64,000 nucleotides of DNA, from NCBI GenBank assembly GCA_934230325.1, contig CAKQEP010000001.1:148739-212738 (forward strand), written 5' to 3'. The notes beneath the pieces are model-generated. The model saw only the letters and a list, made by a program, of their open reading frames with translations, was not told the DNA's origin and made no database searches. The stretch comes from an uncultured Clostridia bacterium. Lineage in GTDB: Bacteria > Bacillota > Clostridia > Christensenellales > CAG-314. The position numbers and the translations under genes were made by a program. Shown in pieces: positions 60,170 through 64,000 of the stretch (position 1 is its first letter; each line of letters starts with the position of its first letter).

Positions 60170-60847
60170 TCAGTCTAAACCGTCTTTGCTTTCCGCGTCG
60201 GCAAACTTGCCCTTTTGTTGCCCTTCCTCTTTTGCGGCTCGTTTTAAATTGTTTCCGTCTATGCCCAACTTTAAACCATGTCTTACTCCCAAAACGACGA
60301 GCGGCGAAACAATCGCGCTGATAAGATACTCCGGTATGATATTAGTAAATATTACTACTTTGATTATCGCAAACAAACCGGTGTATTCCTGCCCCATAAC
60401 CTTTTTGCAAATGTTTAAAGCCGTCAAAAACAATACGGTGTTGACCATGTTTCCGACAACGACAGATACGCTCATAGCGGTGATTTGCGCCTTTTTGCTC
60501 TGATTGTTTTTAAAACACTTTAATATCAGCCGATAACAACAAAAAGCCGTTATCCCGACAAAAATTCTCGGCAACAAGGTTACGAGCGGATTGTTTTGCG
60601 GAATTTCTCCAAACAACAAGGCTTTTACCCAACTGGCAAGCCCAAACATAACCCCCGCCAAAAATCCGAATCTATAATCGTTGAATAGAAAACATAGGGT
60701 AAAAGTCACCGCCAAAGTGACCGTCGCCGTCGATATTCCCGACGGTAAAGCAAGACTTATCGTCTTGTCAAGCATCATCGCAATAAAGATGAGCGCAAAC
60801 ATAATAGCCATCACGGCTACAAAATAAGATTTTTTGTTGTTAATCAT
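60170..60847 (-). CDS. multi-pass membrane protein, possible ECF-type vitamin S-component (context only)
   Basis: 225 aa from MINNKK (SD GGAGG) with about 5-6 hydrophobic helices, immediately upstream of coaX. The function is an inference from context. Confidence 0.45.
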   Translation of the reverse strand: MINNKKSYFVAVMAIMFALIFIAMMLDKTISLALPSGISTATVTLAVTFTLCFLFNDYRFGFLAGVMFGLASWVKALLFGEIPQNNPLVTLLPRIFVGITAFCCYRLILKCFKNNQSKKAQITAMSVSVVVGNMVNTVLFLTALNICKKVMGQEYTGLFAIIKVVIFTNIIPEYLISAIVSPLVVLGVRHGLKLGIDGNNLKRAAKEEGQQKGKFADAESKDGLD

Positions 60848-61076
60848 CGTTGACCTCCTGCGCGCAACCGTCGCGCGGCGTATAATAAAATATAATATCA
60901 AAGTACCGCTCTTTCCGATACGGTCTATTTGATAGTTTAGCACAATTTAGCAAATTTGTTAACCGTTTAAACAAAATTTTTGTTCTTTTGCAACGATTTT
61001 TGCGTAACACATTTTTTTGAGGCTGCGTAAATTATTATAGGCACAACAACGTGCAAATATATATACGGAGGTAAAA

Positions 61077-61316
61077 ATGTTTAACAATATGTTCGGCAAC
61101 GCGGAAGAAGGTCGCGAAGGCTGCTGCGGCGGCGGGTTTAACCTTTGCGGATGCAACTGCCTGTGGATATTTTTGGTTATTCTGTTTTTGTGTTGCTGCT
61201 GCGGCGGAAAAAGCAAAAACTTTAACCTCAACATCAATCCATGTTGCTTGCTGCTCGCAATAGCGCTACTGTTTTGCTGCGGCGGCATATCATTGAGGTC
61301 TTGTCCCAAAGCATAA
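61077..61316 (+). CDS. small Cys-rich hydrophobic protein (14 Cys in 79 aa)
   Basis: Strong SD ACGGAGG 6 nt before the ATG. Repeated CCGG motifs. A terminator-like hairpin follows at about 61358..61385. Confidence 0.55.
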   Translation: MFNNMFGNAEEGREGCCGGGFNLCGCNCLWIFLVILFLCCCCGGKSKNFNLNINPCCLLLAIALLFCCGGISLRSCPKA

Positions 61317-61458
61317 TACATAAGACTCAACGACATAATACCGCAAATCACAAATTCAGGGGGCTTTGACTGCCCTCTGTTTTTGTTTCGGTTTAATATT
61401 TAAACCCCCTATCGCTCCCCGCCCGATAAATTTTTTTGTAAAAAGTATATTTATTTTG

Positions 61459-61487
61459 TTGACATAATTTTACTTTTGACTTATAAT
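61459..61487 (+). promoter_or_regulatory. consensus sigma-A promoter of tRNA-Gly
   Basis: TTGACA, 17-nt spacer, TATAAT. Confidence 0.65.
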
Positions 61488-61501
61488 CATTAAGCAAATT
61501 T

Positions 61502-61576
61502 GCGGGAGTGGCTCAGTGGTAGAGCGCTGCCTTGCCAAGGCAGATATCGCGAGTTCGAATCTCGTCTCTCGCTCCA
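61502..61576 (+). tRNA. tRNA-Gly (anticodon GCC), CCA encoded
   Basis: Acceptor gcgggag/ctctcgc. Anticodon arm ctgcc-TTGCCAA-ggcag. T-loop ttcgaat. Confidence 0.9.
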
Positions 61577-61584
61577 ACAAATTA

Positions 61585-61623
61585 ACGTACCTTTATTCGA
61601 CACGACAAAGGTACGTTTTTTTT
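61585..61623 (+). terminator. intrinsic terminator after tRNA-Gly
   Basis: acgtaccttt-(12-nt loop)-aaaggtacgt followed by a T-run. Confidence 0.75.
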
Positions 61624-61703
61624 AAAAAAAAGATGCGGTTAACCGCAACGACATTCAAACCATTATTAAAACGCGATAAATCGGAATTTGTAAGGATTAA
61701 AAA

Positions 61704-62201
61704 ATGAAAACGACAATTCGCAAAGTTAGGAAAGGCGACGAAAACATTTTGGCTTATATTCAAACCGAAAGTTGGAAAGCCGCGTTTGCGGGTATCATCG
61801 ACGACGAAACGTTGAAAAAATGTACAAACATTGAAAAAGCAACGGATATGTATTATCGGCTTCTTAATGACGACAAAGGAAACGGTTATATTCTTGTTGC
61901 GGAAGGAACGCCTCGCTGTATCGCATACTGGGATGCGGCGCGAGATGCGGAATTTGCAGGAAAGGCTGAATTGATTTGTATCCATAGCCTGCCGGAAAAG
62001 TGGCGTAAAGGCTATGGCAGTCAGATGATGAATCGTGTTATTAAAGATATAAAAGCCGCAGGTTTTTCCGAAGTAGTGTTGTGGGTATTTAAAGATAACA
62101 CTCGCGCAAAAACTTTTTACGAATCGATGGGATTTACTCTTACCGATTTTTCTAAACGGTTTATTGATACCGAAGAAGTCCTCTACTCATTAAAATTATA
62201 A
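61704..62201 (+). CDS. GNAT family N-acetyltransferase
   Basis: IHSLPEKWRKGYGSQMM and VLWVFKDNTRAKTFYESMGF. Confidence 0.8.
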   Translation: MKTTIRKVRKGDENILAYIQTESWKAAFAGIIDDETLKKCTNIEKATDMYYRLLNDDKGNGYILVAEGTPRCIAYWDAARDAEFAGKAELICIHSLPEKWRKGYGSQMMNRVIKDIKAAGFSEVVLWVFKDNTRAKTFYESMGFTLTDFSKRFIDTEEVLYSLKL

Positions 62202-62220
62202 TAAAATTGTACAAACCAAA

Positions 62221-62250
62221 AAAGACTTGTCAACAAGCAGGTCTTTTTTT
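62221..62250. terminator. intrinsic terminator (A-run/T-run flanked)
   Basis: aaagacttgt-caaca-agcaggtcttt followed by a T-run. Confidence 0.6.
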
Positions 62251-62251
62251 G

Positions 62252-62383
62252 GTTGCGACTACAAAGCGGAAAAAACGGGAACCCAAAAAGTTGTAAAACT
62301 TTTTGGGAAAAGGAGCAGCAAGCGTAAAAGCAAAAAGACCGTCCAAAGGACAGTCTTTTGCAAAAATCGCTTTGCTGCGACGT
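62252..62383 (-). repeat. degenerate extra copy or fragments of the tRNA-linked element
   Basis: Read on the minus strand: acgtcgcagcaaagcg, hairpin gcaaaagactgtcc/ggacggtctttttgc, acgcttgct-gctcctt (block C with an internal deletion of about 26 nt), a second hairpin, then ccgctttgtagtc (3' half of block A). Confidence 0.4.
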
Positions 62384-62404
62384 TGGCAAGGGTAGCAGGA
62401 TTCG
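62384..62404 (-). repeat. exact 21-nt duplicate of the tRNA-Gln 3' end (T-loop C56 to CCA)
   Basis: tggcaagggtagcaggattcg is identical to 62563..62583. There is no tRNA 5' half. Confidence 0.95.
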
Positions 62405-62562
62405 CAAGGAGCGAAAGCGACGGAATAGCGAGCGAAGCAAGCGTCACAAATAAGTTTTGAATACGGCTGTACTAATAAAGTCGGCAAGCAAATAAGGAAC
62501 AATAAAAAAGGTTTGCTTGTTTGCAAACCTTTTTTATTGTGACTACAAAGCGTAGCCGACGC
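62405..62562 (-). repeat. tRNA-linked conserved element, copy 2 (158 nt)
   Basis: Minus-strand order: CCA, gcgtcggctacgctttgtagtc, hairpin aaaaaaggtttgc/gcaaacctttttt, ttccttatttgcttgccgactt, tagtac, aaaacttatttgtgacgcttgcttcgctcgctattccgtcgctttcgctcctt. Confidence 0.7.
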
Positions 62563-62637
62563 TGGCAAGGGTAGCAGGATTCGAACCTACGAATAACAGG
62601 GTCAGAGCCTGTTGCCTTACCGCTTGGCGATACCCCT
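62563..62637 (-). tRNA. tRNA-Gln (anticodon CUG), CCA encoded
   Basis: The reverse complement aggggtatcgccaagcggtaaggcaacaggCTCTGACcctgtt...ggttcgaatcctgctacccttgcca folds as a cloverleaf. Confidence 0.9.
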
Positions 62638-62669
62638 ATACCTCGATTGCCGATTAAATCAGCGTATAC

Positions 62670-62697
62670 ATTATACTTCTTTTTTGTGTTTTGTCAA
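62670..62697 (-). promoter_or_regulatory. promoter of tRNA-Gln
   Basis: Minus strand: TTGACA, 16-nt spacer, TATAAT. Confidence 0.55.
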
Positions 62698-62781
62698 CTT
62701 TTTTTGCGCAGTTTTGGCGGTTTTAACCAAAAAATTTGCAAGCAAGCATAGTCCATCGTACAAAACGTTTCTCGCTCAGTA

Positions 62782-63297
62782 TCACCACTCGATGATTTTA
62801 ACTTCGTTTTTGTCGGGCAAAAAAATATTGAGATCTTTTGTAAGGTCGGTATTTTTTGCAATAACCGTCGGTTTTTGTTTTATGTAAGTACCCGTGCTTT
62901 CCGCAAGCAAATTATGTTGCTTATCAAAAATTTTTGCGCTTGCCACAAATCCGCGAGAAAAATTTTTGTCCACTTGTCCGACGGCAAGCAACTCCGTATC
63001 GAGCGGAGTCGGTTTGTGATATTTGACGGTAATACTTCCCGTGACGGCAAGCGTATCAGGCTCTGTAAGCCACACGGCTCTGCCTGCTATTTCGTCAAGC
63101 ATAGCGCATACCACGCCGCCGTGCGTACGCTCGGGATAACTCTGATGTATTTGTTTTGTTTTAAAAACGCTGATTACCTGCCCTTCTGTCGTTTCGTAAA
63201 AAGGCGCAAATAATCCCGCTTTGTTGTCTTTGCCGCAAATCAAACAATCATAACTGTTTGTTTGCTTTTTTGCTATTTTAAATATCATTTTTTCCAT
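62782..63297 (-). CDS. PaaI family (hotdog-fold) thioesterase
   Basis: N-terminal C.ICG and HGGVVCAMLDEIAGRAV. Confidence 0.8.
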   Translation of the reverse strand: MEKMIFKIAKKQTNSYDCLICGKDNKAGLFAPFYETTEGQVISVFKTKQIHQSYPERTHGGVVCAMLDEIAGRAVWLTEPDTLAVTGSITVKYHKPTPLDTELLAVGQVDKNFSRGFVASAKIFDKQHNLLAESTGTYIKQKPTVIAKNTDLTKDLNIFLPDKNEVKIIEW

Positions 63298-63444
63298 TTT
63301 GACTCAATATGTTAAACAAAAAATATTTGCATTTTTGTCGGCAAAACTCTTGTACGTATGTTTGTTTTTGCGACAAAATATTTTTTTCTTGTATTAAGGC
63401 GAAACGCGTCTTTAAGGTGTTACCTCAAAGACGCGGCAAAACGT

Positions 63445-63768
63445 GAGAGCAGTCTATAAGCCGAGTTCTGTATTTGACGGCCATCTATCTACGCCTTGCG
63501 TCTCCGCAAGGCTCCAGCGACATATCGAGACGTCGGGCAAACGTTTTATCTCATTTCTTGCACCGAGCGGGGTTTACATTAACGACGAGTTACCACGCCG
63601 TTCGTAGGCTCTTACCCTACGTTTCCACCCTTGCCAAAATTTTGGCGGTTTATTTCTGTTGCACTTTCCTTAAAGTCGCCTCCACCGGGATTTCTCCGGC
63701 GCTCTGCCCTATGGTGCTCGGACTTTCCTCGTTGGGGAGTTGCCCCACCGCGACCGTCTGGCTGCCTC
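63445..63768 (-). ncRNA. rnpB: RNase P RNA, bacterial type A
   Basis: Minus strand: gaggcagccagacggtcgc...GAGGAAAGTCCGAGCaCCATAGGGCAG...AGTGCAACAGAAAtAAACCGCC...GGTAAGAGC...GTAAACCCC...ACAGAACTCGGCTTAT. Ends are approximate, within about 5 nt. Confidence 0.9.
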
Positions 63769-63863
63769 GATTATTATTTTATACCACTCTTTTAATTTTG
63801 TCAACCGTTGGCAACAAGTACAAGCAATGCAAATACAATATACGTATAGGGAGGGCAACGACA

Positions 63864-64000
63864 ATGTTTTTTAGTGCGATAGCGAGTTTTTTTGCAAAGG
63901 TGTTTTGTATGGGCGGATACGTTTCTTCAGGAACGGCGTACCCGCGCCCCCTTTCCAAAGAAGAAGAAACGGCGTGCTTAATAGCCATGCAAAACGGCGA
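63864..64000 (+). CDS. sigK: sporulation sigma factor, pro-sigma-K-like N-terminus (3' end outside window; SigE not excluded)
   Basis: SD GGGAGGG. MFFSAIASFFAKVFCMGGYVSSGTAYPRPLSKEEETACLIAMQNG has a hydrophobic pro-sequence followed by GYVS...P.PL..EEE..L......G, as in clostridial/Bacillus pro-sigma-K. Confidence 0.6.
   Translation, partial: MFFSAIASFFAKVFCMGGYVSSGTAYPRPLSKEEETACLIAMQNG

Noticed and set aside
62227-62568. ORFs of 62-112 aa in three frames over the tRNA-Gln-linked repeats
   Set aside because: There is the same lack of frame conservation relative to the Leu copy. The region is hairpin-rich and has no SD.

Overview
This is a 64-kb chromosomal window from a spore-forming Firmicutes/Clostridia-type genome. 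The assignment rests on a type-A RNase P RNA, a pro-sigma-K-like N-terminus at the right edge, and classic Firmicutes housekeeping blocks: yloU-yloV/rpmB, rpe-rsgA-rlmN-rsmB-fmt-def-priA-coaBC-rpoZ-gmk-yicC, ligA-pcrA, hemW-lepA, uvrBA and thyA-folA. I support about 60 CDS (most on the minus strand), three tRNAs (Leu-UAG, Gly-GCC, Gln-CUG), rnpB, a TPP riboswitch controlling a thiT-like transporter, a feoA-feoA-feoB operon with a small Cys-rich ORF, and several near-consensus sigma-A promoters and intrinsic terminators. I found no CRISPR array and no transposase, integrase or phage genes. The most unusual signal is a conserved element of about 159 nt that directly abuts the CCA end of two different tRNA genes (tRNA-Leu at 7.2 kb, tRNA-Gln at 62.5 kb). 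In each locus it ends with an exact 21-nt copy of that tRNA's own 3' end, starting at the same T-loop nucleotide. This looks like a tRNA-targeting miniature integrative or insertion element that I cannot assign to a known family. Next to the tRNA-Leu copy is an A+T-rich islet carrying a stand-alone DUF262 (ParB/GmrSD-N-like) gene and a truncated M.EcoRI-like methyltransferase, probably a defence-island remnant. Lesser oddities are listed here:
- a degenerate ABC-ATPase translationally coupled to an S41 peptidase;
- a cdaA gene without cdaR or glmM;
- an extremely acidic double zinc-ribbon protein;
- a 79-aa protein that is 18% cysteine;
- a large anchored protein with a duplicated C-H-x-H-C module;
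- an aminoacetone-oxidase-like/tdh/kbl cluster.
All functional calls come from motif recognition by eye. No database searches were run.
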